A stretch of DNA of 63,421 nt, filler included, from Folioceros fuciformis (GCA_049999805.1; 10 parts of 10 records of this genome joined end to end with filler, not necessarily neighbours in it); one strand, 5' to 3'; counted from the first letter of the whole stretch, positions 46,544 through 60,300 are shown. A program made the numbers and translations. The notes: generated by a model from the sequence alone, not told the origin.

Positions 46544-49500
46544 CTCAAAGTAGTTCACGAAAGTGTCAAAACTTATCTCTACCAAGCGACTTAGTAAAGA
46601 TATATGTTACCTGGTCTTTGGTCTTCACGTGCCAAAGATCCATCTTCTCAGATAATACCACTTTCTTGATGAAATGATAATTACTTCTATGTGCTTCAAA
46701 CGAGCATGAAACACAGGATTAGTAGCCAACCTCATGCTACTCATGTTGTCACAGTAGATTGTAACCTTGCTGTTCACTATATTTCCAAGATCATGTAGCA
46801 ACTTCTGCAACCAAGCTGCTTCATAGGCTGCCATTGCAGCTCCTCGATACTCTGCTTCTGTGCTTGACAAAGCAACTGTCGGTTGTTTCTTGCTTTGCCA
46901 GCTGATCATACTACTTCCCAAACAAAATGCATATCCACTGGTTGATCTTCTGTCATACGCACAACCAGCCCAATCAGCATTTGTATATCCTGTCAGTTCA
47001 AGATGCTTTCTACGCTCATAGAGCAATCCAAACTCAATAGTTCTTTTCACATATCTCATGATTCTTCTAACTGCATCCAAGTGCGGTTTCCTTGGGTTCT
47101 GCATGAATTGATTAATCAATCCCACTGCATAACTTAAGTTAGGACGTGTGATAGTCAAGTAGATCAAACTTCCGACCATCTGTCGATACATAGTCACATT
47201 TTCCAGCTCAGCTCCTACATCCATCTGCAGCTTGACATTTTGCTCCAATGGTGTATCCATCACTTTGCAATCTGCCATGCCATACTTTTGCAACATATCC
47301 TTAGCATATTGTTTTTGGAATAGCCAGATTCCTTGAGGTGTAGACACAACCTCAATTCCCAAGAAGTATCTGAGTTCACCAAGATCCTTCACCTTGAACT
47401 CTTTTTGCAGATTCTCCTTGACATTTGCAATACCATCTACATCATCTCCTGTGATGATCAGGTCGTCAACATAAACGACAAGACACACTTGTCCTACCTT
47501 GGTCTGTTTTACAAACAGACTGTGATCTGCATCTTCAATCACAAACCCTCGCTCCTTCAAATAGCTTGTGATACGAGCATTCCATGCTCTAGGTGCCTGT
47601 TTGAATCCATACAATGCCTTCTTCAGTTTGCATACGTACGTTGGAAACTTAGGATGAACATAGCCTTCAGGCTGTTCCACGTACACTTCCTCCTGCAACT
47701 CACCATTCAAGAAAGCATTCTTGACACCCATTTGCCATAACTTCCATCCTTTAGCTGCTGCTAATGCTATGACTATCCTTATAGTTGTCATCTTGGCTAC
47801 TGGACTTAAGTTTTCCTCATAATCAAGACCATATTGTTGTGCATATCCCTTTGCAACCAACCTGGCCTTGTAACGCTCCAGCAGCGTTCCATCTGACTTG
47901 AACTTCAGCTTGTACACCCACTTAGAATCAATAGGAACCTTGCCATCAAGCAATTGAACCAAATCCCACGTTCCGTTCTCAACTAATGCTGAGTATTCTT
48001 CATCCATGGCTTAATACCACTTATCATCTGTCACTGCCTCAGCAAACTTGGTTGGCTCCTTACAAGCTGTGACCCTTGTCATATACGCATAATGTTGCAC
48101 ATTATAGCTTGTATGGGTGTACTTATCAATGGGTTTCCTAACCCTCTCAGATCTCCTTGGTCTTGGTTCAGTTTGAACTTGCCTTGCATATTGTTCCTCT
48201 TTAGCACCTGGTGTTTCCACAGACGGAATGCCAAACTCATTGTCAATGCTCTCACTACTTGAGGATTCATATCCCTCATTTCCAATTTTGCTGCTTTCTA
48301 CTCTCCCCCTCACTGACATGTCCGGGTCAGTGGTCTTGGGTTTACCATTCCACAGTCTTCCAAACCATGGATTCACCATTGGTGATCCACCATTGGTCAC
48401 ATCCTCACTCTTTGTTGGAGTACTCTTAGTAGTACTCTCCCCTGTGGGTTCGTCCTAGGGTAGTGCAACTGAGTTGCTATACTAGGAGGCTAACTCATCA
48501 AATACCACATCCCTGCTTATTAGGATCTCATGTGTGGATGGCACATAACACTTATATGCCTTCCTATTTCGTGCATACCCTAGAAAAACACTCTTCACTG
48601 CTTTAGGATCCAACTTCCTACACTTATCATCAAGTACATGCACATATGCAATGTACCCAAACACTTTCAAGTACCTAATATCTGGCTTATAGCCATACAG
48701 TCTCTCAATTGGTGTAGCATCATGAATTCCTACAGTAGGAGTTCGATTTAGTACATAAACTGCACTCATCACTGCTTCTGCCCAATAATCATTAGGTAAG
48801 CACTTCTCATGCAGCATTGCCCTTGCTATTTCCATGACTACCTTGTTCTTCCTCTCTACAACACCATTCTGTTGTGGTGTGTATTTGCAAGTCAACAGTC
48901 TTCAAATACCATGATCTGCAAGATACCTGTCAAACTCATTTGAGACATATTCTCCCCCTCCATCTGATCTTAGACAAGAGATGGAGCAGCTGAATTCATT
49001 TTCAGCATGCTTTTTGAAGTCCTTGAAAGACTTGAACATTTCATCCTTATGCTTCAATATGTACAGCCACGTGTACTTGCTGAAATCATCAATGAAGGAG
49101 ACATAGTAGTGGGCTCCTCCAAACTATGCATTCTGTGAAGGATCCCATACATCAGAGTGTATCAATTGCAAAGGTCTCAAGCTGTTATGCACGTGTTGCA
49201 CAAATGAAAACCTTGACTGTTTTCTAAATTGACATGCAGAACACACAGGACCAAGATCAGCATACTTGAACTTGGGCAATCCTTCCACCATGCTTTTCTA
49301 TTGCATAGATTTCAGCTTCTCTATGTTCACATGCCCAATCCTCTTATGCCATATTTCAACATCACATATGGCACCTGCATCATTTGTAAGCATTGATTCA
49401 TTTAGCTCTAGAATGGATGCATCCAGAATGAACATTCATCCATTCCTACTACCCTTAGCAATCAGTTTGCGCCCTCTGTCATATTCTTCAATAAAGCATC

Positions 49501-51347
49501 CATCTTTATTGAATCGAACCTACAGATTTTGTTCAACCATCTGTCTAATAGACAACATGTTCTTCGTAATGGTTAGAACATGCAACACATCTTGCAGACT
49601 CTTCTGCTGACCATTCGGCATCCTAAGAGGAACAATTCCTCTGTACTTTATGTCATGTTGTGTGTCATCTCCTGTACACACATGACCATGGGGACCTGCA
49701 TCCATCTTATTAAAGCACTCGCCATGCGGAGTCATGTGGTTTGATGCTCCTGAATCAATGTACCATCTCTCATCATTCTGCCCATCTTGTTTAGAGAGAT
49801 GTTGCATGGCAAACAACCTATCCTGGTCATTTCCAGCATTATTAGAGGAGGCATAGTTCCCATGTTGCCTTCCTTTTCCTCTCATGTCTGCTTGTTGCTT
49901 ATAGCAGTCCTTAGCAATATGACCAACCTTTCCACAATAGTAACACTCCTTGTCTCTATTGGAATGGTCATGAGATTGAAAAGAACCATTTCTTCCTCTT
50001 GTGGCTCTACCTGCGCTCTAAAACATCCAGATCCTCTCTGGCCTTGAGCATTTCCTCCACGCCAATTGTCTTGCTGATTCTGCGTGTGCCAAGCATCACC
50101 CCATTCTCAGAATGAACCACGACCTATGTGGCCTCTCTCACGCTGGTTAGAAAACAAAACAATGTCTCTCCCTTGAGACATACCTGAACCTGTGTTCGGA
50201 CCAAGCTTAACTTCCTCATGCAGCAACAAAGCAACCAATTCATCCCAACTTGGGAACTCAACTCTCACAGAGATTGATGTGTCAAAGGACTTGTACTCCT
50301 TGCCAAGTTTGTTCAGAGTAACTGCAACCATGTCATCTTCCGTCACACTTGCATCGATTGTAGCAAGCTGATCAGCTATGGTCTTCACCTCTGTTGTATA
50401 CACGAGTATGAATGTGCTACCTCGTGACAAGTTGTTGAACTGCTGCTTCAATTGGATTTTCCTAGCATGTGTGACATTCCCATAGTTCCTCATGAGTATG
50501 TCCCATGCATCCTTCGGAGACTCACATCTCGTGATCTGTATGGCCATAGCATCTGAAATACTTAAGGAGATCTAGTGTAACACTTTACATGCTCTCTCAG
50601 TCCAATGCTTGTGAGCAGTCTTTTGCTCCTATGATGGAGTTCGATCCATCTCTAGTTCACTCTCATTACCTCTGCAGAGGTCCCAATAGCCTTTACGTAC
50701 CAAGAAGTTCTTCATCCTAAACTTCCACAAAGCAAAATTCTTGTTATCCAACTTCTCTCCCACAACCTGAGAGATATTGTCTGATCCCTGCACGTTAGCC
50801 ATGATTTAGGCTCCTTTACACACCAACACTTGTCCTGCACCTCAGTTCAGTTGCCTTCTCTTGCTTGCTGTGCCACCAAGTCCCTTGTGGACAGATTGTC
50901 AAAACACTTTCATGTGTCTTCCAATAGATTCATGCGTCTTCCAATAGATGTTTTTGACAATCTTGAGTGCAACTCCCTGCACTGCTGTAGAGCTCCAGCA
51001 CTCCACAAGCCTCAATCAGATCTCAACAATTCCTGAATGTGCAGTTGACTCTTCGCTAAGCAAAAACAGCCTTTGCTCAAGCTTTCAAAAAAAATAAAAA
51101 TAGAACATTGTTTGCCAAGTTCAGGCCTTCCTCCTCGCAAATCCTGGGCCTGCTGTGGCTTTCATGGCCTGGTTGCCTCTAGTAGTTGTTGCTCCTCCTG
51201 AGTCTTTCTCCCTCTCGTGCCTCTCGCGCGCTCTTGCGCCTGTGGCGCCTGTTGCGGCTTCCTACGCCGCCTACGCCGCTGCGCCTCCTGCACCTCTCAA
51301 TGGCTTGCATTGCCAGCCACCTTCACGCTCACGGCCATAGCCTCAAA
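46544..51347 (-). mobile_element. Near-complete Ty1/copia internal region (gag-PR-INT-RT-RNaseH) with stops/frameshifts
   Basis: Gag ATG at 50802 (...KLDNKNFALWKFRM), zinc knuckle, WYIDSGASNHMT, QQNGVVERKN, YKARLVAKG, YVDD, NADWAG, SSTEAEY, YCDN. Confidence 0.92.
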
Positions 51348-52297
51348 CCAAGATGCATCGTAGTTACATAAGTTCTAACAAATGCATCACCCTGAAGATG
51401 CAACCTTGCAGCCAAAATCTTCCCAACGAGTACTGGTTGGGCTCCTGTGTCCAGCAACACCACTCTGGGTGCATACCCATTAATTGTGACATGCCCACCA
51501 CGATTGTCAACAACTGCATTGCTGACAGGAGTCTGCAGTCGATTGGTGGACTGCACTTGCAGTTGGCTGTCAACTCCCTCAGCTAGCTATATAGTGTAAG
51601 GGCCATTGCAATGACTTGGTGCAATCTACCCATCTGTAGAGTGTGACTCCGCTGTTGGCAGCACCCATTGTGGAGTGTATGCTGCACCCATGCCAGGGTC
51701 AGCAGATGCAGCCGTGGCTTTTGCAGTTTGAAGAACTTCCTTCAGCCTGCTGGTCGTGATGCCCATGTCCTGCAGTGTGGAAATTGGCACTTGAGTTAGC
51801 TTGGCAGCCAGTTGTGTGACTATGGTGGCTTGAGGTAAGAGATACACATGCTCTGGCTAGGTGTTCTACTCGTGGCCAGCTGTTCAACACGTAGCGTTGG
51901 GTGATCCTGGCCTCGTACCAAAATTGCAAACCCCGGTGGCAACGGGGAAAAGGACTTTGGCATGGCAGCCTTGGCCCCTCGATTCTTGGTGACAGGCCCT
52001 AAGGCAGGTGTTGTTGTTCCCATGACAACTTGTAAATTCTGCGCCACCCATGTGGCTGGCAATTCAACCTCCATGCTGCTGTCACCAATTTTGTCAACCA
52101 TACATACTTGGTGTGCTGGGCCATAATCCTCATCCTCTTGTACCGGTACCAACTTCATCGCCTTAGCTGGTTTGGAAGAGCCGGTGATGCTGGACAGGTT
52201 GGCTGTCAAGACTCCAAGTTGAGCTGTCATGGCGGCCATGGAAGCCTCAAGGGAGCTGACCTTGTCAACAGTGGCGGCTGCCTTAGCCTTGGCCTTG
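51348..52297 (-). pseudogene. Ty3/gypsy gag-protease remnant
   Basis: VVLLDTGAQPV protease motif in ORF 51329-51556. Upstream ORF fragments. Confidence 0.6.
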
Positions 52298-52714
52298 TGT
52301 GGAGTGATTTCTTGCACACCCAAGAACCACCTAGGGGCCACACTTCCCCTTATTATCGTTGCAGTCTTATGATTCGCTCCCAAGGGAGTGAACTAATGTC
52401 AAGGTTACCTACATCTCCCTAATCTCACCTTATCTATCAGCATATACCAAGTGCTATAGCAATAGGTCAGAAGTCTCGGTCCTGTCTTTGTCTCCTACCA
52501 CAACACCAACCCCAGCCTCAACAAAATGAGAACTCCAGCATTGTCTTCAACCCTCATTTCCAGCTCCAAGTATCAATCACTTCAGTGCTAAGAGGAGGCT
52601 CCAGCCCCAAGTCTGGCCTCCAACTCTCAAAACCTAGTGCTAGCTACCTCCGCAGCTGAACGAGAACCTCAACTTCAGCTAGCTCCTCACTCCAGCTCCA
52701 ACACTTCATTCCAC
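52298..52714 (-). mobile_element. Family-B LTR fragment
   Basis: Begins TGTGGAGTGATTTCTTGCAC, like 56254. Confidence 0.75.
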
Positions 52715-52814
52715 NNNNNNNNNNNNNNNNNNNNNNNNNNNNNNNNNNNNNNNNNNNNTTAATTAATTAANNNNNNNNNNNNNNNNNNNNNNNNNNNNNN
52801 NNNNNNNNNNNNNN

Positions 52815-54425
52815 CAGAATTGGAAACGGGCGTCGTAAGTGCTGCAACCGTGAGCATGTTATGTCGTCAGGGGAAGCTTTCTGAGGCCGTTGGAGCCCTG
52901 GAATCTCTGGCGCAGTCAGACTCTGGCGTTTCTCAGTCTCTGTTTTACACAGTGTTAAAACTCTGTACAGCTAAGAAGGATTTGGTGGTGGGGCGACGAG
53001 TTCATGATCTCACTGTCAAACTTGGGTACGAGTCGAATGCATATTTGGGGAACCATATCCTGCGGATGTATGCATGTGGAGGTAGGCTAAAGGAGGCGAT
53101 GGATGTGTTCAACAGGGTAGGGAAACCGAATGTCTTCATGTGGTTTTCCATAATCTCTGCACATGCTAAGCACGGGAAGGCGAAGGAGGCCATACAACTG
53201 TACCATGAAATGCGTAGGTCAGAAGTGAAGGCGAATGGTTATGTCTTTGTAGCCGCCCTTCAAGCTTGTGCATTTGCTGCCGACTTAGAATCTGGCAGAA
53301 CAGTGCACCGCGAAGTGTTGCGCAGTGGCTTCCGTACTGATTTGTTTGTTAACAGCTGCTTGGTGGACATGTATGCAAAATGTGGCCGAATGAAAGATGC
53401 GCGCCAGGTTTTTGATAGCATGAACACGAAGGATGTGGTGACATGGACAGTCCTGATCGCTGGGTATGCACAGCAAGGGCTCGGGCAAGAGGCACTTGTT
53501 GTGTATGGACAAATGGAGGAGGCAGGCCTCGTTGTGGCTGACTATGTTACTTTTGCTTGCCTGCTGAAGGCGTGTGGAAGCACTGGTGCGTTGCAGAAGG
53601 GCAGGGAGCTTCACTCACAGATTGTGAAGAGAGGTCTCCTGGATGATGTACTGGTGGGCACCTGTCTGGTGGACATGTATGCAAAATGTGGTGAGGTGGA
53701 AGAAGCACGCCAAGTTTTTGACAGTATGAACACAAAGAATGTGGTTACATGGACAGCCCTGATTGCAGGGTATGCGCAGCAAGGACTCGGCCAACAGGCC
53801 CTTGTTGTGTATGGACAGATGGAGGAGGCAGGCGTCGTTTTGGCTGATGATGTTACTTTTGCTTGCATTCTGAAGGCGTGTGCAAACATTGGTGCCTTGC
53901 AGAAAGGCAGGGACCTTCACTCACAGATTGTCGACAGAGAACTGCTGGATAATATTGTCGTGGGAACCTGCCTGGTGGACATGTATGCGAAATGTGGTGA
54001 GGTCAAATATGCACGCCAGGTTTTTGACAGCATGGCCACTAAAGATGTGGTGACATGGAATGCCCTGATTGCAGGGTATTCCCAGCAAGGACTCGGCCAA
54101 GAGGCTCTTGTTGTGTATGGACAAATGGAGGATACAGGCCTCGTTTTGGCTGACACTGTTACTTTTGCTTGCCTTCTGAAGGCGTGTGGAAGCACTGGTG
54201 CCTTGCAGAAGGGCAGGGAGCTGCACTCAAAGATTGTCAACAGAGGTCTGCTGGATGATGTAGTAGTGGGCACCTGCCTAGTGGACATGTATGCAAAATG
54301 TGGTGAGGTGGAAGATGCACGCCAGGTTTTTGACAGCATGAACACAAAGAATGTGGTTACATGGACAGCCCTGATTGCTGGGTATGGTGCTTGTGATGAA
54401 GGTCGCAAGGCGCTAGCTTGTTTTG
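52815..54425 (+). CDS. PLS-class PPR protein, partial (gaps at both ends); paralog of 36477-39689
   Basis: Open frame across the whole piece. It aligns with the first PPR gene from ~37141, has 306-bp P-L-S repeat units, and ends in the P2 motif (GACDEGRKALACF). Confidence 0.88.
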
Positions 54426-54525
54426 NNNNNNNNNNNNNNNNNNNNNNNNNNNNNNNNNNNNNNNNNNNNTTAATTAATTAANNNNNNNNNNNNNNNNNNN
54501 NNNNNNNNNNNNNNNNNNNNNNNNN

Positions 54526-56807
54526 ACCCCCGTTGCTTGACCAGCAACTCTCCCCACCTGGTTGCTACGACCACCCGTGCCCATAGGATTTCGAAGAATG
54601 GAAGGATGGGTTGTCTTGGAATATTGCTGCCCTTGGGAAAACTCCTGAATTTGGTAGGAGTCCTCCTCTTCTTCCCCTTCACAGGCCAACAAATGCACCT
54701 TGGCCCCTTGACAATGGGTCTTGGTGTGGCCTTGCTCACCACAAATGGAGCAAAACAAGTTAGCCCTGCCACTAGTTGCAGGCCTCCTTCTCTCATTTTC
54801 CTTGACAACATGGAGGTGAAACTTCTCAAACTTGCTGATCATCTCCTCCATCTTGGACTCCTACTGCTCCACTTTCTTGGCTGCAACCTCAGCCTCTTTC
54901 TTGACCTGCTCCACCTCCCTCTTGGCACTAGCCACCTCTTGCTTGGCCTTGGCCAGATCCTTTGCCTTTCTTGCTTCCTTCTTCTGCCTAGCCACCTCTT
55001 GCTCCTTCTTCTTCAGTCTTTTCTTGACAACCTCGTCCTCCGAGGACTCCTCCTCTAGGCTGTCCCCTACTGAAGATGAAGAGGTCTCCGCTGCTGATTC
55101 TTCTGAAGAATCGCTCTCCTCGGAGGAATCTTCATCCGAGGAAGATGACTCCCTCTTCTTCTTCCCCTTCCTAGGCCTGTTCTTCTTCTTGTCCTTCTCC
55201 CTCACTCTCTCCTTCTCCTTCTTGGATCTCCCTTTGCCCCACGGATGAGACTCCTCATAATTGAGGGCTGCCCTTATAGCCCTGTCCACATCTTTTTCTG
55301 CGAACAATTTCACATGGCCCCCCATCCTCGATCCTAAGCCTCCAGCGAACCACCTAATGGCTGGTAAGTCTGAATGAGGTCCACAGCGATCTTGTAGGCT
55401 GTGGAACCTCTCCACATAGGCCTGTAAGGTCTCCTTCCTCCTCCTCAAGGCCTCCAGCTTGGACAGCATGTAGCCCTCTACGTCTATCCCCCTGAACTGC
55501 TCACAAAAGGCCCTCTTCAATACATCAAAAGTTGCTAGAAATGTGCCGGCCTTAAGGTACTCCCTCCTGTACCACTTGGCAGACCCTCCACGCAATACAC
55601 CATAGAACAATTGGATGCGTTGTGCATCCGCTGATTCCTGGTTAGCAAGGGTCAGCTGCTCAAACCTCTCCACAAATTCATCCGGGTCCTCATACCCCTT
55701 CTTCTCCCCATACAAGGGGTACAACTGCTTGGTGGACGTTGCAACAGCTGGGGCCGCCATGGGGCCTGCACTCACCACTGCAGTTGCGGATCCAGCAGCT
55801 CCAGCAACTAGAGTTGGGCTGATGTTGCTGAATCCTTTAGCCCCTGCACTCCTAATCACCTGCACCAGTCCAGGATGAAGACCAAGGAGCAGACTTGGAT
55901 TAGGTTGCCCTGGATTAGGCTTCCCCCCAATAGCTTAAACTTGAGGGTCTTGTTCCAACGTGATTGATTCCCCCAAGATCTGTTGGTTGCTTGCCCCTCT
56001 CCTCCTCTTCGCTAGTGTATGCCCTGGCTGTACCCTCCTTAGCTCCCTCTCCACTGCTCTTTGCTCACACTCCAATACTTGCTGCTGCCTCCTTGCTTGA
56101 GCTTGAGCTCCCCCTTCAAAGCTAGAGTTGAAATCTTCAACTCCTATGCGGGGCATCCATCAACCCTGCCACATTCCCTTGTACAGTCCCCTATCCAGGT
56201 CAGTCCTCTCCAAACCTTGACAGCAATGTCACTCCCCGGCAACGGCGCCAAAATGTGGAGTGATTTCTTGCACCCAAGAACCACCAAAGGACCACACATC
56301 CCCTTATTATCATTGCAGCACTATGATTCGCTCCCAAGGGAGTGAACTAGTGTCAAGGTTTTCTACAATCTTCCCACACTGCCCTAATCTAACCCTATCT
56401 ATCAGCCGGCTCCTAGCCCTAGCTTCACTACAGCAAAAAAAAATCAGAATCCTTAGCCTTGTCTTCAACGCCAACCATAGCTCCAGCTGAATGAGAACTC
56501 TAGCATCATCTTCAGCTCCCACCTACAACTCCAAGTATCCACCGCCTCAACAACTGAGAGGAGGTCCCAACCCTAGCCTTGGCCTCCACTCTCAGCCCTA
56601 AATGCTAGCCACCTCAGCACACCAACTCCACACTCCAGCACTTCAAATCTCTACTCCAGCACTTCAGCTTTTCAACCCTTCATCCCTTCACCCTCACGGT
56701 TCACTCCTAGATTTTGGAACACAATTGCCCCTCACTTGCAGTCCTTGAGGCAGGGATGTGCAGACCCAGGCTGCATAGCCTCCTTGGCTCACAGCCCTGC
56801 AATCCGT
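54526..56807 (-). mobile_element. Athila/Tat-like Ty3/gypsy 5' end: family-B LTR (56254-56807), PBS (56233-56250), gag with zinc knuckle
   Basis: The - strand PBS TGGCGCCGTTGCCGGGGA is next to the LTR. Gag 55865-54861 (EDPDEFVERFE...LRGGSAKWY) continues to CSICGEQGHTKTHC. Confidence 0.85.
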
Positions 56808-56907
56808 NNNNNNNNNNNNNNNNNNNNNNNNNNNNNNNNNNNNNNNNNNNNTTAATTAATTAANNNNNNNNNNNNNNNNNNNNNNNNNNNNNNNNNNNNN
56901 NNNNNNN

Positions 56908-58432
56908 GTACATACTAACAATGTATATATAACAAGCATTTATTTTCTCAACAGGATGATCAGACCGCCCAAGATCTTCTTCGACGAATGGATCATGCTA
57001 CAAGAAAGGTTGACAGTCGGAAGAGAAGCGCGTAGCGGGAGAGAGGTAAAGTCAGGGTTTCTAGATTTTGCAGCAGAGAGCGCTTGTGACAATTGGTAGC
57101 ACGCTGGATGTCACCGGAGTCATGCTGCAGGGGCGTCCGCAACAACCAAGAGAACCAGTCTTCAGGCACCCGCAACCAGAGTTCAGGAAGAATCACAGCT
57201 TCGAGGCAAGGGTGCACCGCTTCAGGTTTAAGATGTGCGACGCTTCAGACTGGGAAGGCCCACGAGACAGATTTCTTCAGGCCCGCTCAACTGCAGACAC
57301 CGCTTGAGATCTCGAGCGCATCGCTGGATTGGAAAGAACACAACTTCCACGATGGATCGCGGATCCCAGCCAGAATCATGCCTTGCCGAACGTCGCTTCA
57401 GGCCTGGCGATGCCGCGTGCCTGAGCTGAACGCTACGGTGCCGTTGGTGGCTCCCGAGATCTGGATTTCTCGCGATTGAAAACAAGCACCTGCAACAAAT
57501 CTGCGACTGTGGAAGACGCTCCGGAATAAGAGGTAAGATTCCGCACCAGTTCTGTCAAATCGCGCACTTCCTCAAGCAAGGTTGTTTGTATTCGCAAGAA
57601 AAGATCGATGGCCGCCAGAACTTCTTTGTGTCGAGCAAATTGCACCTCACCCTGGTGGGATAAGGCCGCCAACAATGCTGACTTTGTAGCTATCAATCTG
57701 TCGTCGAGCACTCTGTATGCTCCTACAATTTCAAGTAAGTCTGTTGAACCAGAACTGAGGGTATTCCTCAACTCGACTTTTGGTTGCCCTTCAACGCGAT
57801 TGGGTGATCGAGAGAAAGGTAAGTTGTATGAGATGTCATCCTGTCCAGCCCTGTTGTCTCGAGCATGTCTGGATGATCCCACATGTTGTCTGAAATTGTG
57901 ATGGCTACAGGGCGCGCCATTCGGATGCTCGATACGAGATCGTCTTCGTCGAGACATCTTTGACTGTCATCATCTGCTGCTCTGTTGCAAGCAGATTTGC
58001 ACAGCGGAATTTTTCGCTTTAATTATTGTCATACAAGTTGTGAATCGTAGCCCAGTATTGATGTTGTACCGCAGGGTGGGAGGAAGAATGGTGACATAAG
58101 GTCCAGGAGCCACTAGCTGTAACTAATGGATTTTGTGTCCTCATTTTTCCTTCGACCATGCATATACAGTACTAGACTAAGATTCTTGCAGACATAGATA
58201 AGATTCTTGCAGACATAGATAAGATTCAAGACCTTAAGAGCTCTGATACCATGTGAAACATTTGAGGATCTAACATACTCAAAGTTGTTCTCATGTTATT
58301 TTATTTATGAATAATAAAGTGCTTATATACAAAAAACTCTCCAAGAGTCATGACCTTTCATAATTAGCTATTAAACCACCTAACAGCTGCAACGTTTATA
58401 AGAAGCTAACCCTAACGGGGTTACTTCCAACA
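56908..58432 (-). mobile_element. Short-LTR element 5' end: 181-bp LTR (58252-58432), iMet PBS (58240-58251), internal non-gag-like ORF 57957-57433
   Basis: The - strand reads TGTTGG...TCACA then TGGTATCAGAGC. 21-bp tandem duplication at ~58178-58227. Inserted into a copia protease region. Confidence 0.6.
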
Positions 58433-59844
58433 CACGCACTACTCTGTTAGGTGTGGTCATATCCATTGCCACAACACCTTCCCCCTCACACATTTGGATT
58501 GAATTATCACCCAAATAGATCTTGGTAGCAGCAATGGACTTGAAAGATTGGAACCACTCACGCCTATTGGTCATGTGCTCCGTAGCTCCCGAATCAATGT
58601 ACCATTCTTCGACTTGCTTGGAGGGATGATGTGTGCACACAAAAGCTTCCTCATACTCTTCCACGAAGTTTCCTTGACTCTTTGTCTTCTCATCTCGATC
58701 TCTCTTGAAGCAATTCCTTGCAAAATGTCCAACCTTGCCACAGTAATTGCAAGTGAGATTAGATCTACGATTTCTCCCCGTGAATGAAGAGGCCTCCGTT
58801 TGTTTCACAAGGTTGGCTGATCCATCGCCAATCTTCTTGGTCACAAAGGCTGATTCTTCCGATGTCTTCCCCTTCTCCTTTCGTTTGGTCTCCTCATGGA
58901 GTAGTCTTCCCACAACAATCTCAAATGTAAGAGCACCTACTCTTGATTCTAAAGCTACAATCAAATTGTTATATGACTCCGGCAAGCTTGCAAGAAGAGT
59001 CATCACAAGGTCATCATCCGTCACAGGAGCTCCAATGACTGCCAATTGTTGGGAAAGACTCCTCACCTTGTCTACGTGCTCAATCACACTATCACTCTCA
59101 CCCATTTGAATGGAAAAGAATCTACGCCTTAAGAACAAGCGATTCACAAGGCTCTTGTTCTCATACAAAGCCTCTAATTTCAACCAAGCCTCTCTTGCTG
59201 ATTTGCAAGTGGTCACATGCATCAATTGTGCATCTTCTAAGTTGAAACAAATATTTGCAAAGGCCTTGCTTGCAAGCTCATCCCACTTGGGCTATCTCTC
59301 CACTTCATTTGGACGCTCCTCGGTCCCCGACACAATTCCCCAAAGGCCTTTTTCAGCCAACAACATTTGCATCTTGAACTTCCACAAGTTGAAGTTGTCA
59401 CCTCCAAACTTTGAGATAACTTGTAGAGTCACGGTCCCTTGGGTGTGTGGGCCCATAACCTGTTGAGATGTCACCCCCGCCATGCTCAAAGGAGGTTAAA
59501 ACAAGTTAGTTGAAGCAAGATGCAGAATCCCAAAACTAAGAGCACTATAACAAGGCTCTTAAACTCAAATAAAAAGGAGAATTACAAAAAACAACACAAT
59601 ACAAGTGAAGAGGGAGTTAGACTCCATATACTAAGTGGGTTCATCCCTTCTTTTATGGACCTATGGGTGGCACTCTCATTTCGTGCCTAATATGGGATAA
59701 ATGACCCCAACCAAACCCTACAATACTTCTTTTGCCCAACATAGCAAAGTCTAATAAGCTATATATATATATTAATCATAACCTTAATCACTCTTATCAC
59801 TAATTAGTACAAACTCAATAAGCTGGATTAGCACTAATTAATCT
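58433..59844 (-). mobile_element. Ty1/copia 5' end with half-tRNA-iMet PBS (59449-59460), LTR (59461-59844) and gag-protease
   Basis: The - strand reads ...CTCAACA|GGTTATGGGCCC. KFGGDNFNLWKFKM, LLASLPESY, CNYCGKVGHFARNC, WYIDSGATEHMT. In-frame stop near 59292. Confidence 0.85.
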
Positions 59845-59944
59845 NNNNNNNNNNNNNNNNNNNNNNNNNNNNNNNNNNNNNNNNNNNNTTAATTAATTAA
59901 NNNNNNNNNNNNNNNNNNNNNNNNNNNNNNNNNNNNNNNNNNNN

Positions 59945-60300
59945 GATGTATTGCTTCCTTGTCCAGCGAGTAGGTGGACGAATCGGCCCTACAAAGTCGA
60001 TCCCCCACTTCTTGAACGGAGCCAACGGCAGAATGTAGGTCAACGGCCACGTGGTTGTCAATGTGTATCTCCCTACCCTTTGACAAGCATCACACCTCCT
60101 TACAAACTCCCACACATCCCTCTGCATGGTAGCCCACCAAAACCCTGTATCCAAGATCTTCTTGATGGTAATGGGGACTGAATAGTGGCCTCCTGCCTCT
60201 TCCACATGCAAAGCTTTGGTCACCAAAGCACCTTCATTCACCTCCAAACAATGCCTCACCTTACCATCCGGACCTAGTTTGTACAAGACCCCTTGCCAGA
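59945..60300 (-). pseudogene. Ty3/gypsy integrase fragment
   Basis: HHCC zinc finger LH...GGH...CDAC, then PFKKWGIDFVGP. Confidence 0.85.

Noticed and set aside
7379-59944. Recurrent TTAATTAATTAA motif in N runs
   Set aside because: Artificial six-frame-stop contig spacer, not biological. ORFs containing X or ending ..LIN are artefacts of it.
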